NCBI RefSeq assembly: GCF_006345805.1
Contig: NC_043002.1
Coordinates: 91,512,001 to 91,576,000 of the forward strand
Length of the DNA: 64,000 nucleotides
Direction: 5' to 3'
Origin: Octopus sinensis
Taxonomy: Eukaryota
Position 1 is the first letter of the stretch, and each line of letters begins with the position of its first letter. Both the position numbers and the translations under genes were made by a program. This document shows positions 37,113 through 48,799 of the stretch, piece after piece. Below the pieces are notes generated by a model that was not told the origin of the DNA, ran no database searches, and saw only the letters and a program-made list of their open reading frames with translations.

Positions 37113-37547
37113 ATCTCTTTCTCTTTACTCTTTTACTTGTTTCAGTCAGTTGACTGCGGCCATGATGGGGCACCGCCTTTAGTCAAGGAAATCGACCCCG
37201 GGACTTATTCTTTGTAAGCCCAGTACTTATTCTATCGGTCTGTTTTGCCGAACCGCTAAGTTACGGGGACGTAAACACACCAGCATCGGTTGTCAAGCAA
37301 TGCTAGGGGAACAAACACAGACACACCAACACACACACATACATATATATATATACATATATACGACAGGCTTCTTTCAGTTTCTGTCTACCAAATCCAC
37401 TCACAAGGCATTGGTCGGCCCGGGGTTATAGCAGAAGACACTTGCCCAAGATGCCACGTAGTGGGACTGAACCCGGAATCATGTGGTCGGTAAACAAGCT
37501 ACTTACCACACAGCCACTTCTGCGCCTATAGCCACTCCTGCGCCTAT
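37113..37547 (-). mobile_element. Full-length SINE-O with an 18-bp duplicated 5' end
   Basis: All modules present. agccact(t/c)ctgcgcctat is repeated at 37512-37529 and 37530-37547. Confidence 0.9.
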
Positions 37548-38264
37548 GTATGTATTATCTTACAAATGTTTTATAAAATATATCGGACCTTATAAGTGCA
37601 TGAATGATTAATATATCTTCAGCAGTTGAGCACTTAAATACTCTCTGCACTCTGCCTATTATCCGTTATCCGCTTTGATCAGACAGTGAACTGACAGACA
37701 TATTGATTTTTTTTTATATCATCTTTGAGTAAAAAACAAAAAGAAAATAACTTTTTTTTCCTCAAATTACATTAACCTCTTTTCTTTTCATTTCGTTTCG
37801 GTCCGTTTTCTTTCATTTCTTTTTAGGCGGTTGGTGATTGCTAACAGTTAGACATTGATTCGTTTGATCAACAGTCGATTAAAATGTTAATTGACATCCA
37901 GTTTTATTAGTTAGATGGATAGCTTGTTACTTAGTTTAATTAGAAATTTGATAATTGTTACAGCTGTTATTGTGTGGCTTGGCACTAAATTTTAGTCCAG
38001 TTCAACTTGGGGAAGATATGTGATTCAGAGGTAACCCATCTAAGGAGTGGTGTATAAGACACCATTCTATCCATATTGTGCAATCAGCATTCAAGTTTTG
38101 CTCATTCTGCGGTTATGTAAGAACATAATACTGTAGAATTTTCAACATGTGAACTCGGTTACTACATAGAACTAATCAATACAATACATCCTCATTTGCT
38201 CGTATAGGCTTTCGTTCGATTTTTCCTATTAGAAACAGTGTAGTGGAGAAATTGATAGTTTAGT

Positions 38265-38742
38265 AGGTGCAGGAATGACTGTGTGGTAAGAAGCTTGCTT
38301 CCCAACCGAATGGTTCCGGGTTCAGTCCCACTACGTGACATCTGCTATAGCCTCGGGCCGATCAAAGCCTTGTGAGTGGATTTGGTAGATGGAAACTGAA
38401 AGAATCCTGTCGTATATATGCATATATATATGTGTACTTGTGTGTGTGTGTGTGTGTGCGCGTATGCGCGTATATGTGTGTGTGTGTGTATGTATGTGTG
38501 TGTGTGTGTGACTTTGTGTCTATGTTTGTCCCCTAGAACCACTTGACAATCGGTACTGGTGTGTTTACTGGTGTGTTTACGTCACTGTAACTTAGCATTT
38601 CGGCAAAAAGGCATCAATAGAATAAGTACCAAGCTTATAAAATGTAAGCACTAGGGTTGATATATTCGGCAAATAAATTCTTGAAGGCGATAGCCCAGTA
38701 TGATCGCAGTCTAATGACTGAAACAAGTAAAAGATGAAAGAT
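38265..38742 (+). mobile_element. SINE-O
   Basis: Head taggtgcaggaatgactgtgtggtaag; tail gactgaaacaagtaaaagatgaaag. Confidence 0.8.
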
Positions 38743-38942
38743 AAAAAAAAAGTGTGTATGTGCGCGCGCGTGTGTGTGAATGTATGTGCGTATTTGTGTG
38801 GGTGTGTTGGCATTTGTGTGTATATGTATATATATATATCGAAAATAAAATCAAACAAAAATGGACATACACAGTAAATGTATTAGGTTGACAGTTTAAG
38901 ATGGAAAAAAGAGCGGGTATGCATATGTATGTATGTATGTAT

Positions 38943-39209
38943 GATCGTAGCAGGCAGAGAAGGATTGTGCACGAGGGGACAGCTACTTTTGAGAAATCTC
39001 GAGTTGCACATGAGAAAGTAAGGAGAGATGTCAGGAAGGGCATAGCTGTTGCGCTTCTAGATCGGAAGGGTCTTCCTATGATGCTGACATGCAGTATCTG
39101 TGCAAGACCCTGCCTCAGTAAAGCTGGACTCAAGAGTCATATTCGTAGTCATAAAGCGAGACAGATGAGAGACACTGGCCACTGGTGGTGGTGTTACACA
39201 TCATACTAA
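38943..39209 (+). pseudogene. 5'-truncated RTE LINE 3' end with one C2H2 finger
   Basis: DRSRQRRIVHEGTATFEKSR...CSICARPCLSKAGLKSHIRSH. This is an RTE-type C-terminus starting right after (TATG)n. Confidence 0.8.
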
Positions 39210-39458
39210 TCATATCTGTCAGGCATGTGGAAAAGAGTGTAATTCGGCAAGAGGACTTAAACGACATGCAAAGGTACATGAAGCCCAGTTACATTTTCAG
39301 CCGACTATTGCCGGTAAAGGTTTTAGTTGCTAATTCTGTACAAGACAATGTAGATCTTTAGCTGGGCTAAAAAGTCACATTCGATCACAGCACCAGTAAC
39401 AGTTAAGCTTTGTGAAATGGCCATACTCGATAACGAGGGGGCAGCCATCATGTATGTA
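39208..39458 (+). pseudogene. Second RTE 3' end with two C2H2 fingers and a 3' UTR
   Basis: HICQACGKECNSARGLKRHAKVH...FSC*FCTRQCRSLAGLKSHIRSQHQ*, then tggccatactcgataacgagggggcagccatcat-gtatgtat. Confidence 0.8.
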
Positions 39459-39825
39459 TTGTGAGCGTGCGTGCGTATGTGTGTATGAATATGTATATAT
39501 GTGTGCATGTATGTGTGAGTGTCTGCGCGTGTGCGTGAGTGCGTATGTATATGTGTATGTGTGTGCGTGCGTGCATGCAAATATATATATATTGCTATGT
39601 GTGTCTGTGCGTGCGTATGTATGTATGTATGCATGTATATATGCATGTATGTAAGTATGTATGAATGTGTTTATGTGTGTGCGTGCGTGTGTATGTATGT
39701 ATGTATGCATGTATGTGTGTGTGTACGTGCGTGTGTGCATATGTATGAATGTGTGTGTGCGTGCGTGCGTATGTATGTATGTATGTATGTATGTATGTAT
39801 GTATGTATGTATGTATGTATGCAAG
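39459..39825. repeat. (TG)/(TATG)-rich compound microsatellite
   Basis: Visible directly. Confidence 0.9.
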
Positions 39826-40181
39826 CAGAAATGCGGAAATATCCAAACATTTTTATGACTCGAGGAGTCTTTAATCTTTTACGAGTCGCATGAGACTGAT
39901 GAGAGGAAGAGAGGACATTATTGCTACACTAGTAACCGAGTTTGAATGCTTTGAACAAAGTGTTACGCTGCCAAAAGCACCCGATTTCAAACTTGGAGAA
40001 ATCTGTACCTAATCTGCCACCCTATACTAGACACAGTCCATCTTACAGGTTCGCACACAGTATTCGTCTAACACCCGCAAAATAGGATGACTAAAGATCA
40101 ATTATCCTGTTGATAACTGTGTGTCATCAACAAATAATCTGAAGACATGATGTTTGTGATATTTACAGAGAGATTGATAGA

Positions 40182-40553
40182 AGCACTCCGTCGGTTACGA
40201 CGATGAGGGTTCCGGTTGATCCGAATCAACGGAACAGCCTGCTCGTGAAATTAACGTGTAAGTGGCTGAGCACTCCACAGACACGTGCACCCTTAACGTA
40301 GTTCTCAGGGATATTCAGCGTGACACAGAGAGTGACAAGGCCGGCCCCTTGAAATACAGGTACAACAGAAACAGGAAGTAAGAGTGGAGTGAGAGAAAGT
40401 TGAGGCGAAAGAGTACAGCAGGGGTCGCACCACCCCCTGCCGGAGCCTCGTGGAGCTTTAGGTGTTTTCGCTCAATAAACACACACAACGCCCGGTCTGG
40501 GAATCGAAACCGCGAGTCCGCTGCCCTAACCACTGGGCCATTGCGCCTCCACA
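40182..40553 (-). mobile_element. SINE-C with the SINE-B-type tail
   Basis: Head tgtggaggcgcaatggcccagtggttagggcagcggactcgcggtttcgattccc. Tail ...ccctcatcgtcgtaaccgacggagtgc is shared with 48247. Confidence 0.85.
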
Positions 40554-40877
40554 GAGAGATAGAGGGGGAGAGAGAAAGAGAAAGTGAGTGAGACAGACAG
40601 GCAGACAGAGACGGACAGAGAGAGAGAGAGAGATGGACAGAGACATCAGAAATAATGTGTGTTTATATATATTTACGTAATATTACAAGCTACTAGCATT
40701 TTAGAATAGCACTAATTTCACAGTAGACTGGTGTTTTCAACTGGAATTGTCTAGCTTCACAAACATCTTTAACGTCTTTGAGAAATGAATAAACGTCACA
40801 TATTCAATAATATTCCTTTATTTTTCTTTTCCCCCTTCCCTCCGCCAGTATTACATTTACTTAACAATTTAGTTAAT

Positions 40878-41414
40878 TATATTTAGTTATGGCTAAAAAG
40901 AAAGCGGGCGAGCTGGCAGAACCGTTAACACGCCGGGCGAAATGCGTAACCGCATTTCGTCTGCCCTTTCGTTCTGAGTTCAAATTCTGCCGAGGTCGAC
41001 TTTGCCTTTCATCCTTTCGGGGTCGATAAATTAAGTACCAGTTACTCATTAGGGTCGATGTAATCGACTTAATTCGTTTGTCTGTCCTTGTTTGTTCCCT
41101 CCTATGTTTAGCCCCTTGTGGGTAGTAAAGAAATATATATTTAGTTATGGCTAAAAAGAAAGCGGCGAGCTGGCAGAACCGTTAGCACGCCGGGCGAAAT
41201 GCGTAGCCGCGTTTCGTCTGCCGTTACGTTCTGAGTTCAAATTCTGCCGAGGTCGACTTTGCCTTTCATCCTTTCGGGGTCGATAAATTAAGTACCAGTT
41301 ACTCATTAGGGTCGATGTAATCGACTTAATTCGTTTGTCTGTCCTTGTTTGTCCCCTCTATGTTTAGCCCCTTGTGGGTAATAAAGAAACATATATTTAG
41401 TTATGGCTAAAAGA
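40878..41414 (+). mobile_element. Two tandem full SINE-M copies separated and flanked by a triplicated 23-24-bp sequence
   Basis: TATATTTAGTTATGGCTAAAA(A)GA at 40878-40901, 41136-41159 and 41392-41414. Confidence 0.9.
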
Positions 41415-41599
41415 CATAGTAGATAATATAAAACTTCGTTGCTGGCAGTCGCTAATGGCGAACAATCAATAATAGAATGGAAGCACAGTAATTACAAACT
41501 CAGTTTATTGCAGTAAGTGTTGAATTATCAAGCATGATTGAATATATGATTTATCGTTGTAAATTCATTCCAAGAATCAAACTCACAATGCATGGAAAT

Positions 41600-43760
41600 G
41601 TTAACTCTGTAAAATAATGCTTCTAAGTACAATACGAAAAATTACACACATCGTAGGTCTCCGAATTAAAATATCACTGTTATGGATGGCACGGATGACA
41701 AAACCTGTGTCCCACCAGATGCATCTGGATGAGATTTACTCTAGTCTATGCCTCTCCAATTTTATGCATCTCTATACCGCTGTTCTCTCTGTTTGCTCTA
41801 AGGATGGTGGAGTGCTTCTTGGCCATGAAAAGTTATTTGTATGCAACCGTATAGCCTGGCACGTGTGACAAAGACTAAGTACTACCTGAAGCCTTCGAAG
41901 CACAATTCAGTTTACCCTGGTGAGATTTGTTCCAGTGTATGCCTCTTGAAATCTATGCATCTCTATGCCGCGGTTCTTTCCATTCGTTCTAAAACATCTT
42001 GGGTGAAAGCTTTCTTACGCTTAGACTTTCGATGTGTCGTTCTATCTCTTCCAGCATTCATATGTTTTCCTCATAGGAGTAAATCAAAAGCTTTTACCAC
42101 ACCGACAAATGAATGACTTCCAGCAGTGCTTCCACCGATGCTGTTGCTCTGGCTGTTACTGTTAGCTTTGTTGCTGCTGTCTTCTTCTTCTTCTTCTTCT
42201 TCTTCTTCTTCTTCTTCTTCTTCTTCTTCTTCTTCTTCTTCTTCTCCTCCTCCTCCTCCTTCTCTTCCTTCTGTATTCTGCCAGAAGAAGAAGAAGAAGA
42301 AGAAGAAGTTAGAGTGCCTGTGAAGTGAGCTGTAGCTGTGGTTTTTGTGTTTGTAATTGTTTTGGTTGTGTTCTTCGAGTGGGTCTCTCTTTTCCGCTTT
42401 CGTCCTTTGGGGAATATCTAACAATTTTCGGCCAGATATTTCTTTTCCAAATCTTTGTCCAAATAATCGGCGGGAGATAGTGAAGCCTAATCGAAAGAAG
42501 TATCTGTTGTTGGTTTGGGGAGCAGAGTGGTTGGGAAGAGTTTGTTTTTATATGGGAGCGAGGAGCAAACTGTTTCGTAGCCGAGGTTTTGGTGTGGAGG
42601 TCTTCAGCTACTCATGGTGTTATTGTAGATGTGTTTGTGGAGTTACCAACAGGAGTGGTTTTGGTTTCTTTATGAGGGCAGATATCCTTTTGATCAGTTA
42701 TACTTCCACAAGCGTAACATTTGGCCTTTCTGTCTTCAACCACAACGTTTGTGGGCTCCACACCCAGACAACCGTCCCATTTTATTTTGGGTTGGATTTC
42801 AAACTTAGAATATCTATTTTCATCCAATATCATCCTGAAATATTGGATGTTAAGTACCAGAGGCAAATTTGTAAATGAAATCTTATTCACTCGTCTCTCC
42901 AGATAAAATGGGCTGAAAATATGTTCATCTGAGGAGTCAGTGTGCAAGGCCATCCTTTTCGTTGCCTCTTCGCTATAGCATTTAGCTTCGAGAGATCCAA
43001 AATCTCTTCCCCTCTTAATGTGCCACGACGAACCCCAGACATCTTTCAGGCATTTCTCTGCTTGTGCAGGTATCGGATTTTCGATCGACCTGGTCTTCCT
43101 ATTAAGACGAGACTGGTCACAGTTTTTTGTGCGATCTAATTTTTTTCACATGGTGGCAGAACGAGACGATTAGGTTTTATCTGGCATTTCCGGATATTTT
43201 ATGAAAATCAATGTAAAAAGAGTGTTCTCCTCTCACCATCTCTTTAATAATTTTAGCTAAAGATGAGCTGGATCTGCCGCTGTTGTTATTGTTGTTGTTG
43301 TTGTTGTTCTTGTTCTTGTTCTTGCTCTTGTTCGTTGTGGAAGATGTGGCTTCGTTTTCTTTAAAAAAAATGTTCCTTTTTGTGTCTGTCTTCAAATATG
43401 TTGGTATTGATGTTGCTGCTACTGTTGTTGTTGTTGGCTTTGATACTTTTCATTGTCTGTTCTATTTCATGTTGGGCATTGTCGTTGATGAAATTGGTTA
43501 TAATAATTTCTTTGTTGAAATTTTCCCTTTTGTGTTTATTTTCCACATTATTTTTGTCGAAAGTTGCCTCGTCGTCTTTTTGCAATGCAGTGTCTTATCG
43601 CGCTCCACTCCGTCCGTCTTTTAATGCATTCTGAAGTCACTCTTCGCTCTTCACTCTCCCCACTCTGTCGCAAACGAGCCTCGCTACGTTGATTGTTGTT
43701 TTCTCCATGGATAGAGAAACAGAAAAAATTTTCATAACAGATACAAAAGTAAATCGAGAT
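41600..43760 (-). mobile_element. L1/Tx1-like LINE ORF1 remnant with Asn- and Glu-rich low-complexity tracts
   Basis: Minus strand from about 43707: MEKTTINVARL...QKDDEATFDKNN... and EDRKAKCYACGSITDQKDICP (knuckle with His replaced by Asp). Includes (TTC)n at 42180-42243. Confidence 0.65.
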
Positions 43761-43945
43761 ACTCCTCCAAGATTAAGGGGCAACATATGAAAAAAATCTC
43801 ACCGGTTGGCAGAAAGTAACTCCTTTTTCCAAAATCGGATGCAACAATTATCAGTGGTTTTATTTACAAAAATTTCAAAGCGAGGTCAAGTGCGGACACC
43901 AATGGTACAAGTGGCAGTAGCAGCAGCAGCAGCAGTAGCAGCAGT

Positions 43946-43980
<35 letters not shown>

Positions 43981-44084
43981 TATTCTGACAGCACAAGAAT
44001 TTGAGGCTCAACTACCACTGCTACCACTACCTCCACCCCTTTTACTGTTGCTGTTGTTTTGTTTGTTTGTTTCTTTGTTTGTTG

Positions 44085-44430
44085 ACCGAAGCGGTCTTCG
44101 TCCTGGGAGAAGTCCGAAACGTTGGTCCTTTGCTATTCGTAAGACCCGCAGAAGAGAAAGCAGGTCAACCCCGACACCATCGACGGATGGATGAATGCGC
44201 ATCCAGGCTCAGCGGTTGCGTAGGAAGTCGGGGACAAGAAACAGGAAGGAAGAGTGAGAGGAAGTTGGAGCGAAAAAGTACAACAGGGGTCACCCTCAAC
44301 CCCTGCCTGAGCCTCGTGGAGATTTAGGTGTTTTCGCTCAATAAACACACACAACGCTCGGTCTAGGAATCGAAACCGCGATCCTCCGACCGCGAGTCCG
44401 CTGCCCTAACCATTGGGCCATTGCGCCTCT
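44085..44430 (-). mobile_element. SINE-C head with a different 3' tail
   Basis: 44235-44430 matches 40370-40553. The 44085-44230 part is unrelated to the SINE-B tail. Confidence 0.8.
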
Positions 44431-44489
44431 AATTGCTATTGCTGACACCACTGCTGGTACTACATATAGATACAACAATAATTGACAAC

Positions 44490-44900
44490 GGCGATAGAAG
44501 AATGAAGAAGGAGTTTTGTTGGTCTCTCACTCAACTGCACTCCACGCGTAATAATCAAGAGGGTTGCAGGCTGAGAAGTTAAGTGGCTAGATGCTTGGGG
44601 TTGCAGAAATGTGCTTGCAGAAATTGTATGACAGCTGTGACTGGGTTCCCCTGCTCGTGTGGCATAGTGAAGAGTCCTGTTGCCAGGTATTCTCTTTTAC
44701 TTGTTTCAGTCATTTGACTCCGGCCATGCTGGAGCACCGCCTTTAGTCGAGCAAATCGACCCCGGGACTTATTCTTTGTAAGCCCAGTACTTATTCTATC
44801 GATCTCTTTTGCTGAACCGCTAAGTGACGGGGACGTAAACACACCAGCATCGGTTGTCAAGCAATGTTAGGGGACAAACATAGACACACAATCATACACA

Positions 44901-44949
<49 letters not shown>

Positions 44950-45310
44950 ATATATATATATAATATATATATATATACATATATACGACAGGCTTCTTTC
45001 AGTTTCCGTCTACCAAATCCACTCAAAAGGCATTGGTCGGCCCGGGGCTATAGCAGAAGACACTTGCCCAAGATGCCACGCAGTGGGACTGAACCCGCAA
45101 CCATGTGGTTGGTTAGCAAGCTACTTACCACACAGCCACTCCTGCGCCTATATAGTGTCTTCCAGCATACATCCTCTTGACCCAGGACAGCACTACCTGC
45201 TCTATCCTCTGAGTTGAGTCTGAGGCCATGTGAGAGAATGAATGGAGGCATAATATCGCCATTACTATTGATCACTCCAGACACTATGATGTTTGATTTT
45301 ATCCCTCTCG
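44490..45310 (-). pseudogene. maT/DD37D-like transposase fragment split by a SINE-O
   Basis: GVINSNGDIMPPFILSHGLRLNSE...AGRHY|TWQQDSSLCHTS...CNPLDYYAWSAVE*ETNK. The frame is continuous after removing 44691-45150 and one TAT. Confidence 0.8.
44691..45150 (-). mobile_element. Full-length SINE-O
   Basis: From tail tctcttttactt to head cctgcgccta. Short TAT duplication at 44688-44690 / 45151-45153. Confidence 0.92.
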
Positions 45311-45554
45311 GTATATGTCCTTAGATTGCACTGTTCTCAGATTGACTCCCAAACACTCTGAAATGTTCCTATTGGAGCTTGCGGCACGAATATTAAGCAG
45401 TACAGCAGCATGTCGTTTTGTAAGTGTCTGGCAGAGTGAACTGCGTCATGGTGCTGTTTTCTCACGAATGGTGTCCAACTGAGCCTGCTAAACTGTGTAG
45501 TCAACAAAAACAAACAACGTGCATACGCGAAATTAAAAATATAATAGGCGACAA

Positions 45555-45573
45555 TTTACGCATCGCACTGTGC

Positions 45574-45618
<45 letters not shown>

Positions 45619-45673
45619 TGTTTGTTTGTTTTCCACCTGCCTTCGTCTTTTGTCTATTTTCATAAAGCTTCCC

Positions 45674-45748
<75 letters not shown>

Positions 45749-45765
45749 ATGTGTGTGTGTGTGTG

Positions 45766-45814
<49 letters not shown>

Positions 45815-45991
45815 TGAGATAGATAGATAGATAAACAGATAGATAGATAGAAAGATAGATAAATAGATAGATAGATAGAGAGAGAGAGATGGTAAATCCC
45901 CCCAAAACGAAGAACAAACACAAGACAAATCAACGCGAGTACGTGGTATATATACACACGCATATTTATATATATACACACACACCTATAT

Positions 45992-46051
<60 letters not shown>

Positions 46052-46125
46052 TATATACACACATACATACACACACGCACGTACACTCGCACACACGCAC
46101 GCACGCATACACACACATATGATGC
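45555..46125. repeat. (TA)n/(TG)n/(GATA)n/(CA)n microsatellite field
   Basis: Visible directly. Confidence 0.9.
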
Positions 46126-48228
46126 GTGTGCGTGTGTGTTTTCATGTATGTTTGATATCCTGGTGTATGACCGCTTAGTCATACATATATGGTTACTCCT
46201 ACACATTGCTGAACCAACAGTTGAATCTCAGCGCGGTGGCTCAACCTCCTAGACCATGCAGTCTAATACTTCGCAAATCACCTTCACAAAAAGCATTTGA
46301 CAATGGTGTTATGAAAACATAAAGCTTGAAAAACAAGATTGTATGGTTACGGTTGAGTCGCATTCCAACATAAGTATGTTTCATCGTGGCAATGCAGGGA
46401 TTTAAAAAACAGCATTTAAATGCAGCAGAATATTTCAGAGAGAAAACGGTAAACGCTATGTAACCATGAGAATGTAGTCATACGTTATGGCACCATAAGG
46501 AATTAAGATTTCAGGTCGATAACATTGAGTTCATAAACACATACTTCAAGAACATGCGTATGTGTGTATATGTTTGTGTGTGTGACTGTGCGAATGCGTA
46601 TGTATTTATGCCTGTCTCTGTATGTATATGCATATGCATATGCATATGTGTGTATGTTCTGCATTTAGCATGAAAACATTTCCAAGCTAAAACAGCAGCA
46701 GCGAGTCAGAGATCGCTGCATTTATTTTTGTTAAATATTTCAACACTTCTTTCGCACCAGAAAATAGTGTTTAAAATGTATTATTGCCTACCACAATTTC
46801 TTTTCTTTTTTTTTTTTTTGTTTTGGCTTGAATCTTGAAGGATCAGCTGACATTGTTGAGGAATGTAAAGCTTTCCTATCTCTCCTATCTCTGCTTAATT
46901 TACACTTTACACATAAAGGAGAGAGAGAGAGAGAGAGAGAGAGAAAAGTAAGATAAAAAGACATTATCAATGTAAAATAGAAATGTCGATTATTCAATAT
47001 GAGGCAGTGAATTAGATGAAACATTACGTAATTAGATTTCGAATTTCTGTGGATCCTCTCTTCTTTGTATGGCATAAATACGAAACAACGCACACACGCG
47101 CGCACGCACACACACAGACGTGTGCAAACGCACGCACGTATACATGCACATACATACATACCTACATAAAACTTAAAACATAAACATACAAATCCATATA
47201 CATACATGCATACATACATTGACATGCAAACGTTAACTATGACTTACGGCAAGGGAAACTAAATGATTAAACATATTCAACTGCCTGAGTCGCTTCTCCT
47301 TCGTTGAACATTCGCCATTACAATACCTCTCAAAAACACCGTTTAAAAATCTCGGAACAAACGCGAAATGTAGGTTAAGAAATAGAGTTCCGATATAAAA
47401 GGCTAGAGAATATTTCTTGTATGTGTGATCCAAAATTGTAAGGGTAGGAGCAGTTATTATCAATAATGTTGTTGCTGCTGTTGTTATTGTTGTTGTTGCT
47501 GCGGAACACATCGGACGTGTTTTCGAGTGCTCCAAGTAAGATCGTTTCAAAATATTTATTTACCCCAGGTTTGGTGTCGTTTTGCAATAATTATTTTATT
47601 TCAAGTTGTGAATAGAAGCACCAGGAACCTATTGCTGGTTTTTATATGGTTGTGTAGCTCCCAGAGGGGCGATTATCGGCTCACCAAATAAATTCGGTGT
47701 GCGGTAAAATTTAATAGAATCAATATAACTCAACAAGATGGCGGAACACTCTTGAAAGAATTGAGGGAAAACAAAACAAACCCTCCTACCATTATGGTAA
47801 TAGATGAAGACTTCCCTCCTCTTCCCTCTGTCACGGGCAACAATACAGGGAAAGGGGAGGAGGAGAAGAACAAGACTGACATGGTACAAAATACAACGAA
47901 CCGTAACAGCAATAGTATCAGAAACACTAGCGCCGGTAGAAGTGACAACAGCAGCAGCCGCAGCATTGACAGCAGCCGCCGCAGTAGTAGTAATGAGAGC
48001 AGCAACAACCATGAAAAAGAAAGCAACAGCAGTGGCAGTAGCGATAGCAATAGCAATAACAATAACAACAAGAGCAAAAGTGACGACAGTAACAACAACA
48101 AAACCAATACCAGTAACATCGATAAGAACGACAACAACAACGGCAGCAACAAAAACAACAACGAAAACAATGCTAATAAAACTATCAAAAATAGTTTTGC
48201 AGCAGCCAAGCCCACGCACCAATATACC

Positions 48229-48799
48229 TATTTCTTTATTAAAAAAAAGACTCCGCCGGTTACGACGACGAGGGTCCCAGCTGATACGATCAACGGAACA
48301 ACTTGCTCGTGAAATTAACGTGCAAATGGCTGAGCATTCCACAGACACGTGTACCCTTAACGTAGTTCTCGGGGAAAATCAGCGTGACACAGAGAGTGAC
48401 AAGGCTGACCCTCTGAAATACAAGTACAACTCATTTTTGCCAGCTGAGTGGACTGGAGCAACGTGAAATAAAGTGTCTTGCTCAAGGACACAACGCGTCG
48501 CCGGGAATCGAACTCACAACCTTACGATCATGAGCCGAATGCCCTAACCACTAAGCCACGCGCCCTCACATTTCTTTATTACCCACAAGGGGCTAAACAT
48601 AGAGGAGACAAACAAGGACAGACATAGGTATTAAGTCGATTACATCGACCCCAGTGCGTAACTGGTACTTAATTTATCGACCCCGAAAGGATGAAAGGCA
48701 AAGTCGACCTCGGCGGAATTTGAACTCAGAACGTAGCGGCAGACGAAATACCGCTCAGCATTTCGTCCGGCGCGCTAACGTTTCTGCCAGATCGCCGCC
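48229..48799 (-). mobile_element. SINE-M inserted in LINE ORF1 and hosting a nested SINE-B
   Basis: TSD CCAATATACC at 48219-48228 / 48798-48807. Confidence 0.9.
48241..48569 (-). mobile_element. Full-length SINE-B nested in the SINE-M tail
   Basis: TSD ATTTCTTTATT at 48230-48240 / 48570-48580. Head tgtgagggcgcgtggcttagtggttagggcattcggctcatgatcgtaaggttgtgagttcgattccc. Confidence 0.92.

Noticed and set aside
38901-39399. Host C2H2 zinc-finger gene
   Set aside because: No TGEKP linkers, a frame change and an internal stop, an RTE-type upstream peptide and an RTE 3' tail.
44090-44145. Hammerhead-like GACC-GAAGC-GG...CC-GAAA-CG-TT-GGTC
   Set aside because: Helix I and GAAACGTT are present, but CUGANGA would need a 2-nt insertion plus a substitution, and the motif is antisense to the SINE.
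47629-48466. Overlapping long ORFs 47629-48348 (-), 47730-48215 (-) and 47804-48466 (+)
   Set aside because: Shadow frames of the low-complexity LINE ORF1 tract; 47804-48466 also reads into the SINE.
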